From the NCBI RefSeq assembly GCF_039541115.1, contig NZ_BAABFP010000002.1, positions 310,001 to 374,000 of the forward strand: a DNA stretch of 64,000 bases. Direction: 5' to 3'. Below, one piece after another: positions 20,637 through 34,892 of the stretch. Both the position numbers and the translations under genes were made by a program. A model generated the notes under the pieces. That model was given only the letters and a program-made list of their open reading frames with translations. It made no database searches and was not told where the DNA came from. This stretch comes from Angustibacter luteus. Its GTDB lineage: Bacteria > Actinomycetota > Actinomycetes > Actinomycetales > Angustibacteraceae. Position 1 is the stretch's first letter. Each line of letters starts with the position of its first letter.

Positions 20637-21074
20637 TCAACCCACGCGGCCCGCGGAGGCCAGCACGCCGACGATGGCGACGAGCTCGTCGGGGTCGAAG
20701 GGCTTGGCGATGAAGGCGTCCACCGTGGCCTGCTCGGCCTGGGCCCGGTGGTGGCTCTGCACGGACGCGGTCACCATGACGACCGGGAGGTGCTCCAGGC
20801 GCGGGTCGCTGCGGATCATGGAGACCGTCCACCAGCCGTCCCGGCGGGGCATCAGCGCGTCGACCGTGACGACGTCCGGCAGCACGTTCGTCGGGTCGCT
20901 CAGCAGGTCGAGCGCCTCCTGGCCGTCGTGCGCCTCCATGACGTCATAGCCCTCGAGCTCGAGGTTCATCACGATCAGCGAGCGCACGGAGTCGGTGTCG
21001 TCGCAGACCAGCACCCGCGGGGAGGACAGCGAGCTGACCGAGCGCCTGCGCCGGCCCCTCCCCTGCTGCATCAT
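20637..21074 (-). CDS. Single-domain response regulator
   Basis: VCDD, VDALMP, VTAS and KPF; leaderless TAGTCT-N6-ATG; lies between tRNA-Arg and argS. Confidence 0.88.
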   Translation of the reverse strand: MMQQGRGRRRRSVSSLSSPRVLVCDDTDSVRSLIVMNLELEGYDVMEAHDGQEALDLLSDPTNVLPDVVTVDALMPRRDGWWTVSMIRSDPRLEHLPVVMVTASVQSHHRAQAEQATVDAFIAKPFDPDELVAIVGVLASAGRVG

Positions 21075-21205
21075 TCCCTCAGACTAGGCCGACATCGTGA
21101 TCAAGCCAGGCGAGTTGCAGCATCCCGGTCCTGAGAGGGGCAAAATGCAGAATCCCGAGCCGCGGGTGGTGGCTCGGGACGTCGGTCCTTCTCGCGATCT
21201 GAAAG

Positions 21206-21277
21206 CGCCCCCGGCAGGATTCGAACCTGCGCCCCCGCCTCCGGAGGGCGGTGCTCTATCCCCTGAGCTACGGGGGC
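21206..21277 (-). tRNA. tRNA-Arg(CCG)
   Basis: GCCCCCGTAGCTCAGGGGATAGAGCACCGCCCT-CCG-GAGGCGGGGGCGCAGGTTCGAATCCTGCCGGGGGCG folds as a cloverleaf; CCA not encoded. Confidence 0.97.
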
Positions 21278-21335
21278 TCGGGCTCAACGAGGTTACCAGC
21301 CACCGCGAGCGAGTCCGAACCGGGCTGCTGCCCTG

Positions 21336-22475
21336 CTAGTCCTGCCCGGACTGCGTCTTGGACTCGCCCTCGACGAACTCCCAGTGCCATGGCTCGGGCC
21401 GGCTGCCGGTGCCCGGGCGGGCCCACGCGGGGTTGTCCCAGCCGAACTTCGGCGCGTTCGCGAGGAACCAGGTGCGGCGTGCGCTGCTGGTCTGGTCCGG
21501 ACCGTCGCAGACGTCGATCGCCAGCCCCCAGCCGTGCTCGCTGGTGCCCGGTCGCGCTGCCAGCCCCGGCTTGCGGGCGGCGACGCTGTATTGCGAGGCG
21601 AGCGAGCGGTAGGAGTCCGTGAGGCACAGGTCCTCGCCGAACGTGCCGCGGTACACCTCGTTCAGCCGGATCAGCCGGACCGCCGCGTCGGCCCGCAGCC
21701 GGTGCCGGGACGCCCACGGCAGCACGCACAGGATGGACGTCGGGAGCTGGCCGTTCGAGTACGACTGGGTCGGCGTCCTGCCGCTGCAGCCGGCAATGGC
21801 ACCGCGCTCCTGCGAGCGAGAGACGGCGGTCATCCGGAACGCGTTGTCCAGCGTCCCGCCGGCCAGTCGGGACGACGACTGCTGGGTGCTCAGCTGGGTG
21901 CTCAGCTGGCTGCTGTCGGACAGCACGCCACCGGAGGCCGAGGTCGTGGCACCCAGCGAGGCGGCGGCCTGACCGGCAGCCTCGGAGGGCAGTGCTCCTG
22001 CGGCGACCGCGAGACCGCCGAGCCCGGCGACGGCAGCCAGGGCGCCGACCACGGCGAGCCCGCGGTGGCGAGACGTCCGCGGGGCCGGCTGCTCGCGGCT
22101 GTGCGGCGCGCGCCGGACGTTGGGTGAGGGTCGCGACGCTGGCTGCGGGGCGGCGGGCGGTGCGGCGACCGAGCGCCGTGAGCGTGTCGCGGGCAGCACC
22201 GTGGTGGTCGGCCGCGCCTCCGCCAGCCGGGCCGCCTTCGCCTCGGCGCGGGTCCGGTACTGCGGCGCGGCAGGTGCGGAAGGCTCCGGGTGCACCAGCG
22301 TCGTCCGGTCGATGACGTCGGTGACCTCGACGTCCGCCGTCCGGTCAGTCTCCGGGGTCGGCTCGGGTGCTGCACCCGGGGCGCGACGCCGTCCGCGGTA
22401 CTCGCTCGCGGGCTCCTGCGACGTCCAGTCGACGAACAGACGGTCACCCGTCGTCGATCGAGTGGCAGGGGGCAC
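21336..22475 (-). CDS. Membrane-anchored M15-family (VanY-like) peptidoglycan peptidase
   Basis: SYRS, PGTSEHGWGLAID (SxHxxGxAxD) and EPWH; disordered N-terminus plus one TM helix. Confidence 0.85.
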   Translation of the reverse strand: MPPATRSTTGDRLFVDWTSQEPASEYRGRRRAPGAAPEPTPETDRTADVEVTDVIDRTTLVHPEPSAPAAPQYRTRAEAKAARLAEARPTTTVLPATRSRRSVAAPPAAPQPASRPSPNVRRAPHSREQPAPRTSRHRGLAVVGALAAVAGLGGLAVAAGALPSEAAGQAAASLGATTSASGGVLSDSSQLSTQLSTQQSSSRLAGGTLDNAFRMTAVSRSQERGAIAGCSGRTPTQSYSNGQLPTSILCVLPWASRHRLRADAAVRLIRLNEVYRGTFGEDLCLTDSYRSLASQYSVAARKPGLAARPGTSEHGWGLAIDVCDGPDQTSSARRTWFLANAPKFGWDNPAWARPGTGSRPEPWHWEFVEGESKTQSGQD

Positions 22476-22700
22476 GCGGGAACTCCAGCTCGTCGGCGTC
22501 AGGACGCGTCGAGACGCGCCACTGGTCAGTGGTCGAGGTGTCAGGGTCGGGCATCAGGGCTTGCATCAGGATCGATCGGCGGTGCAGCGCGTCCACGGAC
22601 CCGGAGGGGGCCAGGCGGTTGTCGGGGCGGACAACTGCCCGGGACGCCCGACCGACCATAGGCGATTTGGGTGAATCACAACAGGGGCACTCGCAGGGAA

Positions 22701-22716
22701 TGTGACGCAGACCACA
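22701..22716. promoter_or_regulatory. Candidate CRP site
   Basis: TGTGA-CGCAGA-CCACA (9/10 to consensus) upstream of a minus-strand TATGGT -10 at 22660-22655. Confidence 0.5.
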
Positions 22717-22744
22717 TCACTCTTGGTGATGGAAACCAGATGAC

Positions 22745-23782
22745 CTAGGCCTGGCGGCGCGTCTCGTCCCGGACCTCACCCACCAGCTCCTCCAGCACGT
22801 CCTCCAGGAAGACCACGCCGGTGACCTCGTCGTCCTCGACGACCCGGGCGAGGTGCGCGCCCGAGCGCTGCATCGTGGCGAGCACGTCCTCCACCTCGTC
22901 CGCGGAGGAGACCGTGACCAGCGAACGGACCCGCTTCGCGGGCACCGGCTGGTCGTAGCGCTCGTCGTCCGCGTACAGCACGTCCTTCAGGTGCAGGTAC
23001 CCGACCACGGCGCCGGACCCGTCCACCACCGCGAACCGGGAGAAGCCGGTGCGCGCAACCAGCCGCTCCACGTCCGCGGGGGTCGCACCGCCACTCACGG
23101 TGACCAGCTCGTCGAGCGGCACCGCCACGTCCCGGGCGCAGCGCTGGCTGAACTCCAGGGCACCGGTGACCAGGTCGTGGGCGTCCCCGAGCAGCCCCTC
23201 GCGCTGGCTCTCGGCGACGATGGAGGAGACCTCCTGGGCGGTGAACGTCGACGTCACCTCGTCCTTCGGCTCGACGCCCACGAGCCGCAGGCACCCGTTG
23301 GCGAGGCCGTTGAGCAGCCGGATCACCGGTGCCAGCGCGCGCGAGAGCGCGACCAGCGGCGGCGCCAGCACCAGGGCCGCGCGGTCCGGCCCGGCGATGG
23401 CCAGGTTCTTCGGCACCATCTCGCCGATCACCACGTGCAGGTACACCACGATCGCGAGCGAGATCGCGAACGCCACGGTGTGCACGGCCGCCGGCGAGGC
23501 ACCCAGCGCCTCCAACGGCTCGGCGATGAGGTGCGCCAGCGCCGGTTCGGCCACCGCCCCCAGGCTCAACGAGCAGACGGTCACGCCGAGCTGGGCGCAG
23601 GCGAGCATCACCGACACGTGCTCCATGGCCCACAAGGTGCTGCGCGCCCGGCGCGACCCCCCCGCCGCGAGCACCTCGATCTGGCTGCGCCGGGCCGCCA
23701 TGACGGCGAACTCGGCGCCGACGAAGAACGCGTTGGCCAGCAGCAGGGCGACCGCGACCAGCAGCGCCGTCCCGGAGCTCAT
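22745..23782 (-). CDS. CNNM/HlyC-CorC family protein (DUF21-CBS)
   Basis: NAFFVGAEFA, QLGVT, GEMVPKNLA, CBS pair and LEDVLEELVGE. Confidence 0.9.
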   Translation of the reverse strand: MSSGTALLVAVALLLANAFFVGAEFAVMAARRSQIEVLAAGGSRRARSTLWAMEHVSVMLACAQLGVTVCSLSLGAVAEPALAHLIAEPLEALGASPAAVHTVAFAISLAIVVYLHVVIGEMVPKNLAIAGPDRAALVLAPPLVALSRALAPVIRLLNGLANGCLRLVGVEPKDEVTSTFTAQEVSSIVAESQREGLLGDAHDLVTGALEFSQRCARDVAVPLDELVTVSGGATPADVERLVARTGFSRFAVVDGSGAVVGYLHLKDVLYADDERYDQPVPAKRVRSLVTVSSADEVEDVLATMQRSGAHLARVVEDDEVTGVVFLEDVLEELVGEVRDETRRQA

Positions 23783-25122
23783 GAAGCACCCCCGGAGTCC
23801 GCGGACGCCTCGTCGGACGACGAGTCCGCCGGCGCCGGGATCACCCGCAGGCGATCCACCCGGCGTCCGTCCATCCGGCTGACCGACAGCCGCCAGCCCG
23901 CGACCGTGACCACGTCACCGACGTCCGGGACGCGCCCGACGGCGGCCATCACGAAACCGCCCACGGTCTCGTACGCACCGTCGTCCGGCACCGGTGCGCC
24001 GATGCGGTCACGGACCTCGTCGGGCCGCCACAGCCCCGGCACCACCCAGGAGCCGTCGGAGAGCCGGCGCCCCGCCGTCCGCCCGCGGTCGTGCTCGTCG
24101 GCCACCTCGCCGACGATCTCCTCCACGACGTCCTCGAGGGTGACCACGCCGGAGGTGCCGCCGTACTCGTCCACCACGACGGCCAGCTGCAGGCCCTGCT
24201 CGCGCAGCTGGCCGAGGAGGGGGTCCAGCCGGACCGTCTCCGGCACCATCAGGGGCTCGGACATCAACGCCGCGGCCGGTACCTCCGCCCGGCGTTCGAG
24301 CGGCACGGCGACCGCCCGCTTGATGTGCACGACGCCGACGACGTCGTCCAGCCCGTCGTCCACCACGGGGAAGCGCGAGTGCCCGGTCGTGCGGGCGAGC
24401 CGGACGACGTCGGCGGCCGAGTCCTCGCGCTGGACGACGACGCAGCGCAGCCGCGGCGTCATCACGTCCTCCGCGGTGCGTTCACCGAAGCCCAGCGAGC
24501 GGGTGAGCAGCCGCGCGGTCGAGGCGTCCAGGGTGCCGGCCTCGGCCGAGCGCCGCACGAGCGAGGCGAGCTCCTGCGGCGTGCGCGCGCTGGACAGCTC
24601 CTCCTTGGGCTCGACGCCGACCCGCCGCAGCAGGGCGTTGGCGCTGCCGTTGAGCACCGTGATCAGCGGCCCGGCGACCAGCGCGAAGACCCGCATGGGC
24701 ATGGCGATCAGCTGCGCCGTGCCCAGCGGGCGGGCGATCGCCAGGTTCTTGGGGACGAGCTCGCCCAGCACCATCGAGAACCCGGTCGCCAGCACCAGGG
24801 CGATCCCCACGGCCACCGGCTCGACCGCCCCCTCGGGCAACCCGATCGCCTCGAGCGGACCGTGCAGGAGCGCGGCGATGCTCGGTTCGGCGAGGTAGCC
24901 GACGAGCAGCGTGGTCAGCGTGATGCCGACCTGGCACGCGGACAGCTGGGTCGAGAGCTTGCGCAGGGCGGTGAGGACGCCGACCGAGCGGGTGTCGCCG
25001 TCCGCGACCGAGCGCTCGACGAAGGACCGGTCGAGGGTCACCAGGGAGAACTCGGCGGCGACGAACACCGCGGTGCCGATCGTCAGCACCACGGCCGCCA
25101 GCAGCAGCAACCACTCGGTCAC
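23779..25122 (-). CDS. CNNM/HlyC-CorC family protein (DUF21-CBS-CorC)
   Basis: FVAAEFS, QVGIT, GELVPKNLA, HSRFPV, DEYGGTSG and a C-terminal CorC domain. Confidence 0.9.
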   Translation of the reverse strand: MTEWLLLLAAVVLTIGTAVFVAAEFSLVTLDRSFVERSVADGDTRSVGVLTALRKLSTQLSACQVGITLTTLLVGYLAEPSIAALLHGPLEAIGLPEGAVEPVAVGIALVLATGFSMVLGELVPKNLAIARPLGTAQLIAMPMRVFALVAGPLITVLNGSANALLRRVGVEPKEELSSARTPQELASLVRRSAEAGTLDASTARLLTRSLGFGERTAEDVMTPRLRCVVVQREDSAADVVRLARTTGHSRFPVVDDGLDDVVGVVHIKRAVAVPLERRAEVPAAALMSEPLMVPETVRLDPLLGQLREQGLQLAVVVDEYGGTSGVVTLEDVVEEIVGEVADEHDRGRTAGRRLSDGSWVVPGLWRPDEVRDRIGAPVPDDGAYETVGGFVMAAVGRVPDVGDVVTVAGWRLSVSRMDGRRVDRLRVIPAPADSSSDEASADSGGAS

Positions 25123-25234
25123 GAGGCAGCTACCCGAGGAGCACGTGCTCCCGGATGGTGAGGCTCGTCGTCCGGGTCGTCCGGCAGCTGGTCCGGCACG
25201 GTCGTCATCCCAGAGAGCGTAGACGGCGAGGTGC

Positions 25235-28530
<3,296 letters not shown>

Positions 28531-28575
28531 CCCCCTGAGACGAGCGCGGCGGGCGCCTTAAGGCATGAAATCCAC

Positions 28576-28604
28576 TTGTGAGTGAGTGCTCACTCATCTA
28601 TTGT
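28576..28604 (+). promoter_or_regulatory. Sigma70-type promoter with TetR operator
   Basis: TTGTGA-N17-TATTGT, overlapped by the perfect palindrome TGAGTGAG-TG-CTCACTCA (28579-28596). Confidence 0.75.
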
Positions 28605-28612
28605 CTTCGTCC

Positions 28613-29221
28613 ATGAGTCCACGCGCCCCCGCACTGCCGCCCGACCAGCGCCGCGCCGCGCTGATCGAGGCCACGCTGCCGCTGCTGCGGGCCAAGGGCG
28701 CCGCCGTCAGCACCCGTGAGATCGCCGAGGCGGCGGGCATCGCCGAGGGCACGATCTTCCGCGTCTACGGCTCGAAGGACGAGCTGATCGCAGACTGCAT
28801 CCAGCGGGCGTTCGACAGCGAGATGCTGCGCGCCGCGCTGCGCGACGTCGACCGGGCACTGCCGCTGGCGATGCGGCTCGTCGCCGCGGTCGACCTGCTG
28901 CAGGCGCACATGAGCGGGGTGTTCTCGCTGATGATCACCCTGCGCACCAGCGGGCAGTCGATGCCCTCCTCGCCCGCCGGGCCGTCGTCCGACTACGCCG
29001 AGCGCCGACGCGAGGACAGCCAGCTCATCGACGCCGAGATGACGGACCTCATCGGTGCCGACCGCTCGGCGCTGCGGGTGCCGGTGCCGCAGGCACTGAC
29101 CGTCCTGCGGATGCTCACGCTCTCCAGCGTGCACCCGTTCATGCACCAGCAGCCGACCACGACCACGGCGACGGAGATCGTCGACGTCGCCCTGCACGGC
29201 CTGTTGAAGAGGGGGAACTGA
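28613..29221 (+). CDS. TetR/AcrR family regulator
   Basis: STREIAEAAGIAEGTIFRVYGSKDEL helix-turn-helix; ATG 28613 lies just after the -10. Confidence 0.9.
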   Translation: MSPRAPALPPDQRRAALIEATLPLLRAKGAAVSTREIAEAAGIAEGTIFRVYGSKDELIADCIQRAFDSEMLRAALRDVDRALPLAMRLVAAVDLLQAHMSGVFSLMITLRTSGQSMPSSPAGPSSDYAERRREDSQLIDAEMTDLIGADRSALRVPVPQALTVLRMLTLSSVHPFMHQQPTTTTATEIVDVALHGLLKRGN

Positions 29222-30958
29222 ATGCTCGCCAACCTCACCCGCGCCTACCTGGCGCCCTACCGGCGCTGGCTGACCGCGATCGTGCTGCTGCAGCTGGTCG
29301 CCACCATGGCGTCCCTGTACCTGCCCAGCCTCAACGGCAAGATCATCGACGACGGGGTGGCCAAGGGCGACACGGCGTTCATCCTGAAGGCCGGCGGCAT
29401 GATGCTGATGGTCTCGCTGGTGCAGATCGTGGCCACCATCTGCGCCACCTGGTTCGGCGCGCGGACGGCCGCCGGCCTCGGCCGCGACCTGCGGGCGTCG
29501 GTGTTCTCCCGGGTCGGCTCCTTCTCGGCGCAGGAGGTCTCGCGCTTCGGGGCGCCGACGCTGATCTCGCGCAGCACCAACGACGTCACGCAGGTGCAGA
29601 CCGTGACCTTCATGGGCTTCACGATGATGGTCTCGGCGCCGATCATGATGGTCGGCGGCATCTTCATGGCCCTGCGCGAGGACGTCGGGCTGTCCTGGCT
29701 GGTCGCTGTCGCCGTCCCGTTCCTCGGGCTCTCGGTCGCCCTCGTGATCCGCCGGATGATCCCGCAGTTCCGGCTGATGCAGGAGTCCGTGGACTGGGTG
29801 AACCGGGTGCTGCGCGAGCAGATCACCGGCATCCGGGTCGTCCGCGCGTTCGTCCGCGAGGACCACGAGCGCTCCCGCTTCGCCGAGGCCAACACCCAGT
29901 ACACCGGCACCGCGGTCGCCGTCGGCCGGCTGATGGCCCTCGTCTTCCCCATCGTGATGCTGACCTTCAACGCCTCGACCGTCGCGGTGCTGTGGTTCGG
30001 CTCCCACCGGGTGGCCAGCGGCGCCATGCAGATCGGCGAGCTGACGGCGTTCATGTCCTACCTGATGCAGATCCTGATGTCGGTGATGATGGCGACCTTC
30101 ATGTCGATGATGATCCCGCGGGCGTCGGTGTCGGCCGGTCGCATCACCGAGGTGCTGGAGACCGACTCCACGGTCGTCCCGCCGACCACCCCGACCGCCA
30201 TCCCGGACGGCGCGACCCGGGTCGAGCTGGACGACGTCGAGTTCCACTACCCGGGCGCGCAGAACGCTGTGCTGCAAGGGATCTCGCTGGTCGCCGAGCC
30301 CGGCAGCACCACGGCGATCATCGGCAGCACCGGGTCCGGGAAGTCGACCCTGCTCTCGCTGATCCCCCGGCTGTACGACGTGACCGGCGGCAGCGTGCGG
30401 ATCGGCGGTGTCGACGTCCGGGGGGCAGCGCTCACCGACGTGTGGTCCCGGATCGGGCTGGTGCCGCAGAAGCCGTACCTGTTCACCGGGACCATCGCGA
30501 GCAACCTGCGCTACGGCGACCGCGACGCGAGCGACGAGGACCTCTGGGCGGCCCTGCGGATCGCCCAGGCCGACGGGTTCGTGCGGGCCATGCCGGACGG
30601 CCTCGACTCCGCCATCGCCCAAGGCGGGACCAACGTCTCCGGCGGCCAGCGCCAGCGTCTGGCCATTGCCCGTGCCCTGGTCGCCAAGCCGTCCATCTAC
30701 CTGTTCGACGACTCGTTCTCGGCCCTCGACCTGGCCACCGACGCACGGCTGCGGGCCGCGCTGCGGCCGGTGACCCAGGACGCGGCCGTGATCGTTGTCG
30801 CCCAACGGGTCTCCACGATCATCGACGCCGACCGGATCGTCGTCCTCGAGGACGGGCGGGTGGTCGGCACCGGCACCCACGACGAGCTGATGCAGACCTG
30901 TCCGACGTACCAGGAGATCGCGCAGTCGCAGCGCGCCGCGCAGGAGGTGGCGGCATGA
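29222..30958 (+). CDS. ABC exporter half-transporter (TMD-NBD), degenerate-site subunit
   Basis: GSTGSGKS, VSGGQRQR and FDDSFSALD (Asp in place of the catalytic Glu, Gln switch). Confidence 0.92.
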   Translation: MLANLTRAYLAPYRRWLTAIVLLQLVATMASLYLPSLNGKIIDDGVAKGDTAFILKAGGMMLMVSLVQIVATICATWFGARTAAGLGRDLRASVFSRVGSFSAQEVSRFGAPTLISRSTNDVTQVQTVTFMGFTMMVSAPIMMVGGIFMALREDVGLSWLVAVAVPFLGLSVALVIRRMIPQFRLMQESVDWVNRVLREQITGIRVVRAFVREDHERSRFAEANTQYTGTAVAVGRLMALVFPIVMLTFNASTVAVLWFGSHRVASGAMQIGELTAFMSYLMQILMSVMMATFMSMMIPRASVSAGRITEVLETDSTVVPPTTPTAIPDGATRVELDDVEFHYPGAQNAVLQGISLVAEPGSTTAIIGSTGSGKSTLLSLIPRLYDVTGGSVRIGGVDVRGAALTDVWSRIGLVPQKPYLFTGTIASNLRYGDRDASDEDLWAALRIAQADGFVRAMPDGLDSAIAQGGTNVSGGQRQRLAIARALVAKPSIYLFDDSFSALDLATDARLRAALRPVTQDAAVIVVAQRVSTIIDADRIVVLEDGRVVGTGTHDELMQTCPTYQEIAQSQRAAQEVAA

Positions 30959-32980
30959 GCGAGGGCGTGAAGACCGAGGAGGAGAAGGCCGCCGAGGCCC
31001 GTCGCGGCCCCGGGTTGCAGGCGCGTCGCGGCCCCGGCATGCAGATGGGTATCCCGACCGAGAAGTCGAAGGACTTCGGCACCTCGGCGCGGCGGTTGCT
31101 CGGCCTGCTCGGCCCGCAGCGCGCCGCGCTCACCGCGGTGCTGGCCCTTGCTATCGGCAGCGTGAGCCTGTCCGCGATCGGCCCGAAGATCCTCGGCCAC
31201 GCGACCGACCTGATCTTCGCGGGAGCCATCGGCAGCCAGCTGCCCGAGGAAGCCACCAAGGACCAGGTCGTCGCCGGCCTGCGCGCCGACGGCCAGGACA
31301 CCTTCGCCGACCTGGTCGCCAACATGAAGGACCTCGTGCCGGGCCAGGGCATCGACTTCCACCGGCTCGGTCAGGTGCTGTTGTTCGTCCTGGCGCTCTA
31401 CCTCGTGGCGTCCGTGCTGCAGTGGCTGCAGGGCTGGATCCTGACCGGCGCCGTGAACCGCACGATCTACCGGTTGCGCAGCGACGTCGAGGACAAGCTG
31501 GGCCGGCTGCCGCTGCCCTACTTCGACAACCAGCCGCGCGGCGAGCTGCTCAGCCGGGTCACCAACGACATCGACAACCTCGCCCAGGGCCTGCAGCAGA
31601 CGCTCAGCCAGCTGCTGACCTCGCTGCTCACCGTCGTCGCGATGGTGGCGATGATGATCTGGATCTCTCCCCTGCTGGCGGTCCTCGCCCTGATCACGAT
31701 CCCGATCACCATGGTCGTCACCGCCGCCATCGGCAAGCGCTCCCAGAAGCACTTCCTGCAGCAGTGGAAGAGCACGGGCGAGCTCAACGGCATCGTCGAG
31801 GAGACGTTCACCGGCCACAGCCTGGTGAAGGTGTTCGGCCGGCAGGAGCAGACCGAGCAGGAGTTCGAGGTCAAGAACACCGAGCTGCACGACGCGGGCT
31901 TCGGCGCGCAGTTCGTGTCCGGCATCATCATGCCGACGATGATGTTCATCGGGAACCTGAACTACGTCGTGATCGCCGTCGTCGGCGGCCTGCGGGTCGC
32001 GACCGGGGCAATGAGCCTGGGCGACGTGCAGGCGTTCATCCAGTACTCGCGGCAGTTCACCCAGCCGCTGACCCAGGTGGCCTCGATGGCCAACGTCATG
32101 CAGTCCGCCGCCGCCTCCGCAGAACGCGTCTTCGAGCTGCTGGACGCCGACGAGCAGGAGCCCGAGCACGCCGAGCCGGTCACGCTGACCGACCCGCACG
32201 GCCGGGTCGAGTTCCAGGACGTCGCGTTCTCCTACTCCCCCGACCGCCCGCTGATCGAGGACCTCTCACTGTCGGTGGAGCCGGGCCAGACGGTCGCGAT
32301 CGTCGGCCCCACGGGCGCCGGCAAGACGACGCTGGTCAACCTGATCATGCGCTTCTACGAGCTCGACTCCGGACGGATCACGCTGGACGGCGTGGACATC
32401 ACCCACCTGACCCGCAACGCCCTGCGATCCGAGCTGGGCATGGTGCTGCAGGACACGTGGCTGTTCTCCGGCACCATCCGGGAGAACATCGCCTACGGGC
32501 GTCCCGACGCGAGCGAGGACGAGGTGCTGGACGCCGCCCGGGCCACGTTCGTCGACCGCTTCGTGCACTCGCTGCCCGACGGCTACGACACCGTGCTGGA
32601 CGCCGAGGCCAGCAACATCAGCGCCGGCGAGAAGCAGCTCGTCACCATCGCCCGGGCGTTCCTGGCCGATCCCGCCCTGCTGATCCTGGACGAGGCGACC
32701 AGCTCCGTCGACACCCGTACCGAGCTGCTGGTGCAGCAGGCGATGGCCGCCCTGCGCACCGACCGGACGAGCTTCGTCATCGCGCACCGGCTGTCCACGA
32801 TCCGCGACGCCGACGTGATCCTGGTGATGGAGCAGGGACGCATCGTGGAGCAGGGCGATCACGAGCAGCTGCTCGCGCTGGGTGGTTCCTACGCCGCCCT
32901 GTACGCGGCACAATTCAGCGGCGCGGCGGTTGACGCCGACAACGAGCTCGGCGTGCCGGTACCGGCCGTCCCCGCTGGAG

Positions 32981-33006
<26 letters not shown>
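30955..33006 (+). CDS. ABC exporter half-transporter (TMD-NBD), consensus subunit
   Basis: ATG 30955 overlaps the upstream TGA; GPTGAGKT, ISAGEKQ, LDEATS and AHRLST. Confidence 0.92.
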
Positions 33007-33927
<921 letters not shown>

Positions 33928-33931
<4 letters not shown>

Positions 33932-34710
33932 ACCGCGCACTGTCCGCCGAGCTGGTCAAGCTGCGCACCACCCGGATGTGGTGGGGGCTGCTGGTCGCCC
34001 TGGTGGCGCTGGTCGCCCTCCAGGTCGCGTTCACCGCCTCGTTCGCGGGGCGCTACGCCGACGCCGGTGGCCCCGTCCTGCCCGCGCTCGACACCCCCGA
34101 GGGCCTGCGCACCGCCCTGTCCGCGGGCTACCAGTACGGCTACCTGATGGCGCTGGTCCTCGGCGCGATCGTCGGGTCGGTCGACTTCCGGCACCGGACG
34201 GCGACCCAGACCTTCCTGGCCTCGCCGCACCGGGGGTACGTGGTCACGGCCAAGTGCCTGGCCTGCGCCGTGGCCGGCCTGGTCTACGCCGTCGTGACCC
34301 AGGTGCTGTCGCTGGCGATCGTGCTGGTGGTCGCCGCCGTCCGCGGCATCGACGTCGACCTCGGCGGTGACGGCGTGCTGCGCTCGCTGCTGCTCGGGGT
34401 GCCCGGCATCGTGCTCTGGTGCGTGGTCGGGGTCAGCCTCGGCGTGCTGCTGCGCAACCAGGTCGCCGCCGTCCTGGTGGCGGTGGGCTACGTGCTGCTG
34501 ATCGACCCGCTCGCCGCTCTGGCCATCCGCCAGCTCGACGCGTCGCCGGTCGACCAGTACACCCTGGGCAGCGCGTCCAGCGCGCTGGTCGGGGCGTCCA
34601 CCGGCGCCGACGTCCTGTCCTGGTGGGCCGGCGGGCTGGTGATGCTCGCCTACGCCGTGGTGATCGCCGTGGCCGGCTGGCTGGTGACGACCCACCGCGA
34701 CGTCACCTGA
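33928..34710 (+). CDS. ABC-2 type permease
   Basis: About six TM helices; AELVKLRT N-terminus and HRDVT C-terminus typical of this class; coupled to the ATPase. Confidence 0.85.
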
Positions 34711-34892
34711 GCGGCCCCTGGCGCTCTCCCCGAGGCCCCGCGTGCCAGACGCCACGACGCGCTCAGGCATCGATCGGTGGAGGCGGTCGGCGGCGACGAT
34801 CGTGAAGCACTAGCCTGGACCGTGTCGGTCGCCTGCCGGTGACCGGAGCAGTGCACCACGCGATCGAGGAAACGGAAGAGGCGATCACCGCC

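Noticed and set aside
21087..22744. Possible integrated element at tRNA-Arg(CCG)
   Set aside because: No integrase, no duplicated tRNA 3' end and no compositional shift; the flanking genes look native.
22476..22744. c-di-AMP (ydaO) riboswitch ahead of the M15 peptidase
   Set aside because: The only similar word (GGGTGAATC) is on the wrong strand and the other conserved blocks are not visible. An Rfam scan would settle it.
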